IMG/VR virus record: IMGVR_UViG_3300033508_000294
Span: 1 to 35,596 of that record
Strand: one strand, 5' to 3'
DNA: 35,596 nucleotides
Source of the DNA: a virus
This document shows, one piece after another, positions 8,601-16,346 of the stretch. Position numbers and translations under genes: made by a program. The notes below the pieces were generated by a model that had not been told where the DNA came from, did not search any database, and saw only the letters and a list, made by a program, of their open reading frames with translations. Positions within the stretch are counted from its first letter, which is position 1. Every line of letters begins with the position of its first letter.

Positions 8601-9131
8601 TGTAGATTTAGACATAAACACTGTAATCATCTTATCACCCATATTTGTTAAGTGTAATAAATTGTTTGGATTTAATCCAGTTTCATCAACTAAATATTGA
8701 AATGAATCTTCATCTCTAACCCAAAAATCTTGTCTATTAAAGAATTTTTCATAGTCAGATTGATTAACTAAACTACTATTTTCATAAAGTGCTGATGTTG
8801 AAATAGATACATAATTTAATACATCTCTATTAGGAACTGTTGCTAACATATTAAGTGCCCAAATTGGACCAGTAGCTAACATTTTTTCACATGTTCTATG
8901 AAAATAAGAATCTTTATTTTCCAATTGTTTATCAATTGTTCCATAAATTCTTTCAAAATCCACCGTATTATCAACATATACTGGTCTATTATAAGGACCT
9001 TTTTTAGAAAATCCTGGTATTAAATTAATTAATACATTTTGTGCTGGAAGTTCAATGATAGAATTATCTATTTCATTAATATAGATACCTGGTCTTTTGT
9101 ATTTTCCTAAATCTTTTTCTTGTATTGGCAT
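5700..9131 (-). CDS. contractile tail sheath protein (gp18 family), unusually large
   Basis: The N-terminal KRPGIYINEIDNS has the sheath PGVYxxE motif. The C-terminal core SAGVQPWTIVAGVNMGRIPD...MGANPITFIRNVGYIINDENS resembles the conserved sheath domain (VNPIRSFPGRGIVVWGARTL-like). It lies next to a gp19-like tube gene. The central region is Thr/Ser/Asn/Gly-rich and looks like inserted domains. Confidence 0.8.
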   Translation of the reverse strand: MPIQEKDLGKYKRPGIYINEIDNSIIELPAQNVLINLIPGFSKKGPYNRPVYVDNTVDFERIYGTIDKQLENKDSYFHRTCEKMLATGPIWALNMLATVPNRDVLNYVSISTSALYENSSLVNQSDYEKFFNRQDFWVRDEDSFQYLVDETGLNPNNLLHLTNMGDKMITVFMSKSTTTGFDVTASSWYGGDTLVPGYIDPKSFISDYLVSVLILAGDWTNYKSLSTDTTWSKYFTLNGLIIDNMQDFVNESGVVVVGSYDVSLIPNFKDLNNRDMYIESVLNNNTDKTSLFCTYNQDLLLDNDYLSDLIDLVGNTIVGLDINNINFLSYDQAIKETVDYPEVSLDSPNNVFGTANFSTPNGATKNWNNWTQTGITLSFVSGSTSSYTGGTITYQGGNYIINGVLTGITSGTTTVNTLANGYQRMDVIYLDKDGIHVMAGNTSLYPGTLSLKEITFTNTNTIILSTLELRNTAGIINGTLSDITAPSSTPDIFITSGVTGTDNYLKIEFLGTSGSTLLKNNEYPKLRSYKVWYEIVTNLEANKGVIINTLGDLKTEIKAITSLELGSTRNAQIFIYLDTPSDYFSSTTDVLLYYVDKQFKLVAGLIETTDTIITTSDLSQPNIVAKYSDFYIDFYNGIINTNDVISGTTTTMTMYIDTLGVLRVKLSNSYTVTNGLSILTDIGNWRQTVEIESYEGSDENNVVVIKVNKDRYSEIIRGSYLEAYVSADYLAPDGSEYIKGNTVARKLVRITNVKNDPADSTMKILYTDGPVKISYASGTTEMYTTSYPAVYSYATHLKGMGLKPFIIHQDSIPNGTESRLNTILNVIAKNTSMYKGLINKNKISWRYLVDSFGLGLTESSKQQYVDLCGDKLNCLGFINMPSAKSFKKSSNPSFLNTDGSLSIKYIKEGANQELNPDFLYSFGTGAGRSTTGYFFPYVKVTNNGVASFVPPAAYVASAYMRKFTTSSAGVQPWTIVAGVNMGRIPDISGTELDFSNDDLDNFSDMGANPITFIRNVGYIINDENSAQVFPVSSLSYLHSREVLIELENQLYDMLLRYQWKFNTPTIRSEIKYRADKICQNFVEQEGLYVYKNIIDSTNNTPYIIDLQGGVLDTYIEIVKGMGWIVNNITIEKTGAINSTGFQQ

Positions 9132-9241
9132 TTTATTAAGGTTATTTTTTATCTTAAATATTTTATATTATATATTAAATATTTTATTTCATTTTTTCAT
9201 TATTTCTATAAATAATATTATTCTATATATAGTTAAAAACT

Positions 9242-9273
9242 TTTGGATTTTTGTTATTTTTTAATTATCTTTG
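9242..9273 (+). promoter_or_regulatory. Bacteroidetes sigma-A-type promoter (TTTG-N20-TATCTTTG)
   Basis: TTTG at 9242-9245, a 20-nt gap, then TATCTTTG at 9266-9273. The ATG at 9292 lies 18 nt downstream. Confidence 0.55.
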
Positions 9274-9291
9274 TAAAAACAATATTATAAC

Positions 9292-9855
9292 ATGAAAGAA
9301 TCTACTTTAAAATTAGTTAATAAGACAATGTTTAATTATTTAAGTCTTATTGGAATATGGGATGAGAAAAATATGAATCAAGACAATCCTATTATACTAT
9401 ATTTTATGACTAATACAATGTTAAATCGACCTGATTTATTGAATCCTTCTGAACAAGGATTATCAGTTATTAAATTAGAAGAAGAAGGTAATCAATTTAC
9501 AAATGTAAATATTACAAATCAGTTTTTTCATCAAATTGTTAGAGAATTTTATAATGTTTATGGGAAAATTGATGAAATTGTATCCCACCAAGATGAAAGA
9601 GTAAAAGAATCACTTATTCAGTTCATTGGAAGTGAACAAAAATTTAATGACTATATAACTGATATAAAAGAAGAATATAAAAATTCTTTCTATGAACTTC
9701 TAAGAAATTTTAATTCACCAAACCCAAATTATAATGAAATAAAAATAAAAGTCTTAAATGATAAGATGATGGAATGTGCTTATAAGGAAGATTATAAAGA
9801 AGCTGCAATATTAAGAGATAAAATTAATTTACTAAAAGAAAAAGGGAAGATTTAA
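9292..9855 (+). CDS. hypothetical protein with C-terminal UVR (UvrB/UvrC-type) domain
   Basis: The C-terminal MMECAYKEDYKEAAILRDKINLLKEK matches the UVR motif (..FE.AA.LRD.I..L). Confidence 0.5.
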   Translation: MKESTLKLVNKTMFNYLSLIGIWDEKNMNQDNPIILYFMTNTMLNRPDLLNPSEQGLSVIKLEEEGNQFTNVNITNQFFHQIVREFYNVYGKIDEIVSHQDERVKESLIQFIGSEQKFNDYITDIKEEYKNSFYELLRNFNSPNPNYNEIKIKVLNDKMMECAYKEDYKEAAILRDKINLLKEKGKI

Positions 9856-9871
9856 ATCTTCCCTTTTTTTT
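9841..9871. terminator. bidirectional rho-independent terminator
   Basis: The palindrome gggaagattt/aaatcttccc is followed by T8. It sits between convergent genes and overlaps both stop codons. Confidence 0.75.
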
Positions 9872-11303
9872 AATCTTCATCATCAATAATAAAATCACCT
9901 GTTGTATCATCATACATTAATCCATAAGTTTTATCTGGATTATGGTCTTTACTATCCATCCAATCTATTAAATCACCTGTATATAAATCTCTATTTTTAC
10001 AAATTGTTCTCATTTCACCCCAAGTAATACGAAGTTCTCCCCTATCATTTTCATATGCATAAGCTATTGTTAATACATCTGTTAAAAAACTTGCCATATA
10101 TTCACCATTATTAAAGGTATCACCATATTTTTCATCTTCAACTTCTTCATAATCTGCTTCTTCAACTTCTTCATTCCATTCTGGAAAATCTGCATCTGTA
10201 TATTTATTACCATTTTTATTTTTTGTGGTATAATTATAATATGTTTTTAATGTTTGTTCAATATCATATACTGAAGTATATATATCTTTACCTATTTTTA
10301 TTGTACCATCTGAATAAATAATAACTGTTGCTTTTTTATTATCATCAAAATAATCAACATATATCATAGGTTCATCAGGATAAAGATCAATATCATCACA
10401 ATACATATTCAATGCATCTTGCATTAAATAATTTACTTCTGAATATATTTCATATAATTCTTCATCAGTTAAATCATTTTTAGATTTATTTCTTGATTTC
10501 TTTTTTGATTTTTTATTTCTTCTACTTGATGGATAATTATATTCATAGGTTTCAACCTTTGTATGATCTCTTACTGTTGGTAATTCTTCCCATTTTACGT
10601 TTATAATTGTATCTGCTAATAATTCTAAATATGTTATATTTTGAACTTCTTCTGAACTATGTTCATGGAAATATCCAACTGATAAATTAGTACATTCCGG
10701 TATAAGTCTTACAAAATTAGCAGAATCAGTAAATATACCAAATGGATCTTGACTAAAACTTTTACGATGACCCCAATTAGTTAAATTGAGTTGAGCTGCT
10801 AAAGCATCTGCAAATTCACCTGAACAACAAGTACTACCTTTTTGTTTTGTAATAACTGAACCATAATCCCTTCTATCAAATGCAATACATCTTTTATATT
10901 TTGTAAATCTTTCTGGTTCTTTTTTAACTATACCACTTGAACCTACACTACCCCTTTCTTCACCAATGAAAAAATAATAAAGTCCCGGAACATTATTTTC
11001 AATTAAATTCATAAGTAATACTACACCTGCTTTATCATCTGCACCAAGTATTGTATTTCCACTTGAACCAACACCAGTATCACCACTTTTAGTTAGAAAA
11101 ATATCATGTACTACTTTTTCTTTTTTCATAGCAGCAGTATCTAAATGACAACAAAACATAGTTTCACTTTCACCTATTTCCATATACCAATTACCTATTG
11201 AATCTTTTATTAATTCTTTTGGTAATCTATCTAATAATTGATCTTCTTCACCTAATATATAAGTGTAATCAGTTAAATCTAAAAATTTTTGTTGTATGTT
11301 CAT
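9870..11303 (-). CDS. M20/M28-family zinc metallopeptidase-like protein with long acidic C-terminal extension
   Basis: CHLDTA (HxD), GADDKAG (DDK metal ligand), GEERGSVGS (EE catalytic/metal pair) and GYFHEHS follow the order of M20/M28/M42 peptidase motifs. The C-terminal ~200 aa is D/E/Y-rich. Confidence 0.55.
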   Translation of the reverse strand: MNIQQKFLDLTDYTYILGEEDQLLDRLPKELIKDSIGNWYMEIGESETMFCCHLDTAAMKKEKVVHDIFLTKSGDTGVGSSGNTILGADDKAGVVLLMNLIENNVPGLYYFFIGEERGSVGSSGIVKKEPERFTKYKRCIAFDRRDYGSVITKQKGSTCCSGEFADALAAQLNLTNWGHRKSFSQDPFGIFTDSANFVRLIPECTNLSVGYFHEHSSEEVQNITYLELLADTIINVKWEELPTVRDHTKVETYEYNYPSSRRNKKSKKKSRNKSKNDLTDEELYEIYSEVNYLMQDALNMYCDDIDLYPDEPMIYVDYFDDNKKATVIIYSDGTIKIGKDIYTSVYDIEQTLKTYYNYTTKNKNGNKYTDADFPEWNEEVEEADYEEVEDEKYGDTFNNGEYMASFLTDVLTIAYAYENDRGELRITWGEMRTICKNRDLYTGDLIDWMDSKDHNPDKTYGLMYDDTTGDFIIDDED

Positions 11304-11323
11304 TATTTGTATTTCTATTTATT

Positions 11324-11662
11324 TTATCCTTCAAATGGTGTAAAACCATCTACATCAAATAAATATCCACTATCAACCATTTCAATTCCATCATTAATTT
11401 CTTCAGTATAAACAACAGCAGTTGCAAAATTACCCAAATGTTCAACATAAGTACTAAAAGTTTGCCATACAAATTCATCATCAACACCATCAATCATACC
11501 TGATTCCATATCACCTAAATATTTTACTATTTCTTTTGCAGTTTCAAATTTCTTTTCAAGATTTTTTTCATCATTGAATTTTTTTATTAACTTTTTTAAT
11601 AAAAGATCAGAACCTTCTAAATCAAGTATTTCATTTGATTCATTAAATTTTTTAATTTTCAT
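11324..11662 (-). CDS. small acidic protein with CTS-like leader (MKIKKFNE|S), paralog of the next gene
   Basis: The N-terminus MKIKKFNESNE shares 44 nt of identical 5' end and upstream sequence with the gene at 11687-11938. Confidence 0.5.
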   Translation of the reverse strand: MKIKKFNESNEILDLEGSDLLLKKLIKKFNDEKNLEKKFETAKEIVKYLGDMESGMIDGVDDEFVWQTFSTYVEHLGNFATAVVYTEEINDGIEMVDSGYLFDVDGFTPFEG

Positions 11663-11686
11663 AATTTTATTTATTATTTTTATTTA

Positions 11687-11938
11687 TTATTCTACTCTTT
11701 TTATTGAAAATATATATTCATATTTACCAAATTCAGCATTTATATCACCACTAAGTTTTATTTCACCTTCTGCACCAGTTGTATATTCTTCCATAGAAGC
11801 AGACAATTCATATAAAGTATTTTCTAATACATCTTGTATTTCAACTTTTAATCCTTTGAAATAATTATTACTATCATCATCTAAATGTGACTTCATTAAT
11901 TCATTATCTAAATTTTCATTAAATTTTTTAATTTTCAT
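11687..11938 (-). CDS. small acidic protein with CTS-like leader (MKIKKFNE|N)
   Basis: The N-terminus is MKIKKFNENLD. It is a tandem paralog of the gene at 11324-11662. Confidence 0.5.
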   Translation of the reverse strand: MKIKKFNENLDNELMKSHLDDDSNNYFKGLKVEIQDVLENTLYELSASMEEYTTGAEGEIKLSGDINAEFGKYEYIFSIKRVE

Positions 11939-11987
11939 AATTTTATTTATTATTTTTATTAAATGTATATATTTAATTCTACAAATT

Positions 11988-12019
11988 AAAAAAGCTCAAA
12001 TGTTATTTTGAGCTTTTCT
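11988..12019. terminator. rho-independent terminator
   Basis: The hairpin aaaagctcaaa-tgttat-tttgagctttt overlaps the stop of the gene at 12003-12545, with an A/T run beyond it. Confidence 0.6.
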
Positions 12020-12545
12020 TATGGTAAGTTTCTTTTGTCTTAAAAGACCAATTTTTATCTGGTCTATACTTTGTCTTTTTTAAATAATTATAAATAGGTT
12101 TCCAATCATTTAATGGTGAAAATCCACATTTATCTTCAAAAAGAATGTTGTAGTATGGTTTCTTATAATAATACCCAAAACAACCTGTTTCTGTTGAAAT
12201 TTCGGGGTTTTCATTCACATACTTGATATGGATATTATCTTCTTTAAATGTTTCCATATATTTTTCAATTTCTTCCGGATAAGAAGATGTAAATAAAAAC
12301 ATAACAATATCATCCCTTTCACTTAATAGTTGTAAGGTTTCTTTTGCATATGGATAATAATCTATATTCTTTGTTACCTTTCTGTAATCAGGTCTTGATA
12401 TTACACCATGTACGTCGAAAGCCCAGTATGTAGCATACCACTGATTCTTTTCAGCATGTTTAAACATCTTCTTCATCCATTTAAGGATAGGTGGTTTATA
12501 GAAAAAATTTATCATATAATAATTGCAGCTAAGTTTAATAAACAA
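12003..12545 (-). CDS. hypothetical protein (weak HAD/5'-nucleotidase-like motif)
   Basis: YWAFDVHGVIS resembles HAD motif I (DxDGV) but has His in place of the second Asp, so the assignment is tentative. Confidence 0.35.
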   Translation of the reverse strand: MFIKLSCNYYMINFFYKPPILKWMKKMFKHAEKNQWYATYWAFDVHGVISRPDYRKVTKNIDYYPYAKETLQLLSERDDIVMFLFTSSYPEEIEKYMETFKEDNIHIKYVNENPEISTETGCFGYYYKKPYYNILFEDKCGFSPLNDWKPIYNYLKKTKYRPDKNWSFKTKETYHKKSSK

Positions 12546-12697
12546 ACAAATAGATTTATTGATAAATTATTTATATTAGTTGTCCTATCAAAACGTGGGT
12601 CTCTTAATTTCAAAAAAGATTGGTAACTTAACCAACCAAATACTATCACACAAATTATATTGGCAATAGTTAAAATTACTAAAAATGTACTCATATC

Positions 12698-12976
12698 TTA
12701 AAATTTTAATTTTCCTTGTACTCTTAAACCATGTTTATTCAATTCAGGAATATCTGGTCCAACATATCTGATTGAATCCACTTCATTTTCATCACCTTCA
12801 TTAATAAAAAGGTGTCCTGAATATTCATGCCAAATTCCATTTTCATCACATCCCCAACCTTCAAATTGTTCATCAATTTTTTCCCATTCTACTGAGATTT
12901 CATGCCCATTGGGTAATTTTTCTATTGTTATCATATTTTTATGTATTAAATTATTTTTTATTAGCTGGGTAAACAA
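12698..12976 (-). CDS. hypothetical protein
   Basis: A 92-aa ORF packed within a same-strand gene string. Confidence 0.4.
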   Translation of the reverse strand: MFTQLIKNNLIHKNMITIEKLPNGHEISVEWEKIDEQFEGWGCDENGIWHEYSGHLFINEGDENEVDSIRYVGPDIPELNKHGLRVQGKLKF

Positions 12977-13214
12977 ATCTCTTCTGTACTGTTGTTACAA
13001 TTACAATAGTATCTTTATCTACTTTAGTTATGATTCCCGGTTGTGTATTTCCAGTAATAACATGGAACTGTACTGAATCACCTATTTTCATAGTTTTATC
13101 AAATTCCTTTTTTATCTTTTCAGTTTTAATTGTTAAATAAACAACAACCACAATCATTAATATTGTTGCAATAAATAATACTATTATTCCTATTATAAAT
13201 CCTAATGTATTCAT
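12951..13214 (-). CDS. small membrane protein
   Basis: N-terminal TM segment (FIIGIIVLFIATILMIVVVVYL). Confidence 0.4.
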   Translation of the reverse strand: MNTLGFIIGIIVLFIATILMIVVVVYLTIKTEKIKKEFDKTMKIGDSVQFHVITGNTQPGIITKVDKDTIVIVTTVQKRFVYPANKK

Positions 13215-13391
13215 ATCTTTTTATTTTTTATGTTGTCCTTGATAATGTAATTCACCAAGAACTACTGTTATACTTGAAATTACTGCAAATTCAAAACTTA
13301 TTAATTTCCAAAATGTCAAATATGTTATTCCATATAACACATAATAGAACATTCTTGATGTCCAAAAACTTTCTTTTTCTTTCATATCTTT

Positions 13392-13688
13392 TTATTTATT
13401 AAATATTTGAGTAAGTTTAATATATCCTACTAATATTATGATACCTGATACTACATCACATATTATTTCTGGTGTACTTTTTGGAAGTGCATTCCATCCA
13501 AAATAAACAGATTCAGATAACCAAAGGATTATTCCAAACATTAATATTCCAAAAGGTACTAAATATTTTTTATTCTTTTTTACAAGTGGATGTACTTCTC
13601 CAAAATTTTTATCATTAGAATATTTTTCTCTCAATTTATTCCATTCTTCATCCATTTTTGGATAAATTCTTTTAGTACTTTCGTCCAT
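13392..13688 (-). CDS. small membrane protein
   Basis: Two predicted TM segments (LVPFGILMFGIILWL; VVSGIIILVGYI). Confidence 0.4.
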   Translation of the reverse strand: MDESTKRIYPKMDEEWNKLREKYSNDKNFGEVHPLVKKNKKYLVPFGILMFGIILWLSESVYFGWNALPKSTPEIICDVVSGIIILVGYIKLTQIFNK

Positions 13689-13693
13689 AATTT

Positions 13694-13894
13694 TTATTTA
13701 TTAGTTATTTCTTTTGTTCTCATATTTACTACATATTCACCTTCATCACAAATCATTCCAGCAAAAATCTTATCTTTCCAAATAACTTTAAAATTCATAG
13801 GTGAATGTCCTAATTCTTCTGTTATTACTTTTTCTAATTCATCAGAAGATAAACTAGTAGATTGTATTAATTGCCATCTCTTTGGGTTTTTCAT
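13694..13894 (-). CDS. hypothetical protein
   Basis: A 66-aa ORF separated from its neighbours by 5 nt. Confidence 0.35.
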   Translation of the reverse strand: MKNPKRWQLIQSTSLSSDELEKVITEELGHSPMNFKVIWKDKIFAGMICDEGEYVVNMRTKEITNK

Positions 13895-13899
13895 ATTTT

Positions 13900-14367
13900 T
13901 TATTTTACTTCTTTGGGTTTTAAATGTGGAAATAATTTATAAAACCTTTTCCACGCAGTCTTTCTTTTCTTACTTGGGTATCTTATTTTATTACGATTAG
14001 AATTTCTACTACCATAATTAATAAATGTCTTATTATCTTTTCGTTCTGGTTTTGTCATTCTTTTGGTTTCCATATGAAGTTCATATTGAAGTGATTTGTA
14101 ATATCTCCAATGTAATAACCATTCTTCTTCAACACAACCAGCTTTTTCATATAAATCAATAATTATTTTAGCAGCAGCAACTTGTTTAGCAAATGCTCCA
14201 CTAAGTTTAACAAACCCCAATGAACTTTTAAGATTTTCTTTGTGCATAATATGATGACTCCTGATAAGTGTCATTAACTTACGTTTATCATCTCTATTCA
14301 AAGATACAATAATACCATCAACCTTATTGATAGTTATTTTTTCTGATTCAAAAAAGAATTGTTTCAT
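13900..14367 (-). CDS. hypothetical basic protein
   Basis: A 155-aa ORF whose ATG overlaps the stop of the upstream small ORF (ATGA). Confidence 0.45.
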   Translation of the reverse strand: MKQFFFESEKITINKVDGIIVSLNRDDKRKLMTLIRSHHIMHKENLKSSLGFVKLSGAFAKQVAAAKIIIDLYEKAGCVEEEWLLHWRYYKSLQYELHMETKRMTKPERKDNKTFINYGSRNSNRNKIRYPSKKRKTAWKRFYKLFPHLKPKEVK

Positions 14368-14544
14368 TTTTTAAGTCTTTGATATAAATGTAATACTATT
14401 TGAAAAGGCCATACCCATGCACCTATCAATCCGCCTAATCCATCTGTTTTCTTAGGTGCTGTTCTACCTGATAAACGATACCACCATATAAAATATAATG
14501 ATACTAATATCCCTACTAAATAATAACCTATTAATATTTCCATA
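14364..14544 (-). CDS. small membrane protein (not in ORF track)
   Basis: My own translation gives MEILIGYYLVGILVSLYFIWWYRLSGRTAPKKTDGLGGLIGAWVWPFQIVLHLYQRLKK. Its stop overlaps the next ATG (ATGA). It fills an otherwise non-coding gap. Confidence 0.35.
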
Positions 14545-14555
14545 ATTTCTATTTT

Positions 14556-14765
14556 TTAAAATGATACGATACCTTTCTTTCTATTTGCTAATTCCCTATC
14601 ACGGTCTTTCTTCCAAACACCAGTTAGATATTTTTCCAAGATAACATGATTTCCAAGTATTCTTATATACCCTTCACCATTATTGGCTCTTTCAATTACA
14701 TTTTCTAAATATTCCTTTTCATTATGTTTTAGAATATGTTCTGTAAAACATGCCATTGTTCTCAT
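14556..14765 (-). CDS. hypothetical protein
   Basis: A 69-aa ORF overlapping its neighbour by 4 nt (operon-like). Confidence 0.35.
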   Translation of the reverse strand: MRTMACFTEHILKHNEKEYLENVIERANNGEGYIRILGNHVILEKYLTGVWKKDRDRELANRKKGIVSF

Positions 14766-14965
14766 ACTTTTTTATTTCTTAAATATTTATCATTAAAATC
14801 AGTCATACCTCTGAAGAAAAGACCAAGTACAACACCAGCAAATATTGCATAAAGATCAAAATTAAAATCTTTATTTCCTATTTTTAGGATAACATAATAA
14901 AGTATCCAACCAAGTGTCATAATACTTAATGATACTAACCAAAGTCCGATTTTTTCTATTTTCAT
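14762..14965 (-). CDS. small membrane protein
   Basis: Two TM segments (IGLWLVSLSIMTLGWILYYVIL; AIFAGVVLGLFF). Confidence 0.4.
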   Translation of the reverse strand: MKIEKIGLWLVSLSIMTLGWILYYVILKIGNKDFNFDLYAIFAGVVLGLFFRGMTDFNDKYLRNKKV

Positions 14966-14980
14966 AATTTTTATTTTTTA

Positions 14981-15145
14981 ATTACCAAAAATTGTTAAAG
15001 AACTAATTCCAAAAATAGCAAAAGCAAATCTCCAAAATCCATGCCATTCACCTGGATTAAAACTCCATCCTAAAAAGGATAGACACAAATAAACTATTAG
15101 CATTATACCAATGTAACTAATAAGATTTTTTAAAAAGTTTACCAT
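14981..15145 (-). CDS. small membrane protein (not in ORF track)
   Basis: My own translation gives MVNFLKNLISYIGIMLIVYLCLSFLGWSFNPGEWHGFWRFAFAIFGISSLTIFGN. It fills the gap between genes. Confidence 0.3.
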
Positions 15146-15150
15146 AATTT

Positions 15151-15957
15151 TTATTTTTTAAGTAAGTTAATTAATTCACCAAAAGTAACAATCTGTACAC
15201 CAAGTTTCTTAGCCTTTACCATCTTAGATGTTTCTGAACTCAAATCATCTGTTACCAAGAAACTACAATCCTTATTAAGAGTACCAGCAACAACACCATA
15301 AGGAGCAACTGCTTTCTCAAAATCACCTTTAGTAGCAAATCCAAATTCTTTAGGTGAACCCGTCATTTCCATAATTCTTGTTTTCATATTACTATCATTA
15401 TTTTTTGTATCTTCTTTAGGGAATATTATTTCAACATTAGGAAGTGTTGAAATCTTTTCAACTACTTCTTTAATTTTAACCATCATATCAGAATCTTTAT
15501 TCTCAATATTTTCTCTGATTGAATATTCAATCCCTGTGAAGTCATAGAGAAGTCCACAATAGAATTTCTCTACTTGTTTAGAAATAGTATTACCTACATT
15601 ATAAAATTGTAAGGATTCAACTATATCACATAATTTAAGGGTTTTAATAGAGGATATTGCTTCCATCAATTTATCAAGTGCTCTACCACCTTTAAATTCA
15701 CCACTATCCATAAGTTGTTGTGGGGTAACGGTAAGTAAATCAGTAATATCTCTAAGACCAGCATCATAAAATTTCTTGAAAATAGCAGGACCAATTCCAG
15801 CAATTTCAAATGCTAACATTCCTTTTTGGAACTTAATAACTGCAACACCACCACAATCAGGGTTGTCACAAACTAATTTATATTTACCATTTTTTCCAGT
15901 AGTTACTTTGAGTTTTGAACTACATTCAGGACAAGTTGTTGGAATAAATTCTATCAT
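15151..15957 (-). CDS. standalone NAD-ligase (LigA) C-terminal module: Zn-finger + HhH + BRCT, no adenylation/OB domain
   Basis: CPECSSKL...CDNPDCGG is a 4-Cys LigA-type zinc finger. LAFEIAGIGPAIFKKFYDAGLRDITDLL is a helix-hairpin-helix. The C-terminal GVVAGTLNKDCSFLVTDDLSSETSKMVKAKKLGVQIVTFGEL is BRCT-like. The protein starts directly at the Zn finger. Confidence 0.65.
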   Translation of the reverse strand: MIEFIPTTCPECSSKLKVTTGKNGKYKLVCDNPDCGGVAVIKFQKGMLAFEIAGIGPAIFKKFYDAGLRDITDLLTVTPQQLMDSGEFKGGRALDKLMEAISSIKTLKLCDIVESLQFYNVGNTISKQVEKFYCGLLYDFTGIEYSIRENIENKDSDMMVKIKEVVEKISTLPNVEIIFPKEDTKNNDSNMKTRIMEMTGSPKEFGFATKGDFEKAVAPYGVVAGTLNKDCSFLVTDDLSSETSKMVKAKKLGVQIVTFGELINLLKK

Positions 15958-15979
15958 GTTTTATAATTTTAATTAGATA

Positions 15980-16010
15980 CAAAGATAATACAAATAAATG
16001 AAATAACAAA
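15980..16010 (-). promoter_or_regulatory. Bacteroidetes sigma-A-type promoter (minus strand TTTG-N19-TATCTTTG)
   Basis: Read on the minus strand, caaa at 16007-16010, a 19-nt gap, then caaagata at 15980-15987 give TTTG-N19-TATCTTTG. It lies 22 nt upstream of the ATG at 15957. Confidence 0.55.
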
Positions 16011-16016
16011 ATTTAT

Positions 16017-16289
16017 TTAAATAATTGGGGATTCCACTATTGCAAAATGTGTTATTTGACACTGATCACCTTCTAAATCATAACCTATCCATTGTTTATC
16101 TTCCATAAATAATTGTCTGGCTGTTCTTGGAAGAATTTCAATAAATGAACATACTTTATCATTTCCTCTTAAGAAGGTTGCTCTTTGAAATCTTGAACAA
16201 TCCTTATCTGTCAAATTATTTTGCCAAATTAAAATATTTTCACCTACAATATTGTAATTGTTGATTTCATTGATGTTAATCCAGTTCAT
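16017..16289 (-). CDS. hypothetical protein
   Basis: A 90-aa ORF with its own copy of the promoter motif. Confidence 0.45.
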   Translation of the reverse strand: MNWININEINNYNIVGENILIWQNNLTDKDCSRFQRATFLRGNDKVCSFIEILPRTARQLFMEDKQWIGYDLEGDQCQITHFAIVESPII

Positions 16290-16315
16290 ATGTATAATTT
16301 TTAATTAATAATATA

Positions 16316-16346
16316 CAAAGATAAGATAAATAAATGTAATAACAAA
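16316..16346 (-). promoter_or_regulatory. Bacteroidetes sigma-A-type promoter, duplicate of the 15980-16010 element
   Basis: caaagata at 16316-16323 and caaa at 16343-16346 are spaced 19 nt apart. The surrounding ~55 nt resembles 15961-16016. Confidence 0.55.

Noticed and set aside
4974-9131. Interpretation as an extracellular contractile injection system or tailocin rather than a phage
   Set aside because: It is not excluded. However, the many early-type small genes, the DNA methyltransferase, the dUTPase with a selfish intein and endonuclease, the HNH endonucleases and the T4-CTS-like leaders fit a T4-like phage genome better than a tailocin locus.
11574-11864. ORFs on the opposite strand of annotated genes (11574-11864, 12408-12626, 13205-13402, 13590-14000, 15776-15976, 16763-16990, 18503-18745, 19577-19795, 19969-20160, 28954-29172, 29593-29781, 33801-34043)
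   Set aside because: All are antisense to better-supported genes and are dominated by Phe/Leu/Ile/Ser from AT-rich codons. I treat them as spurious.
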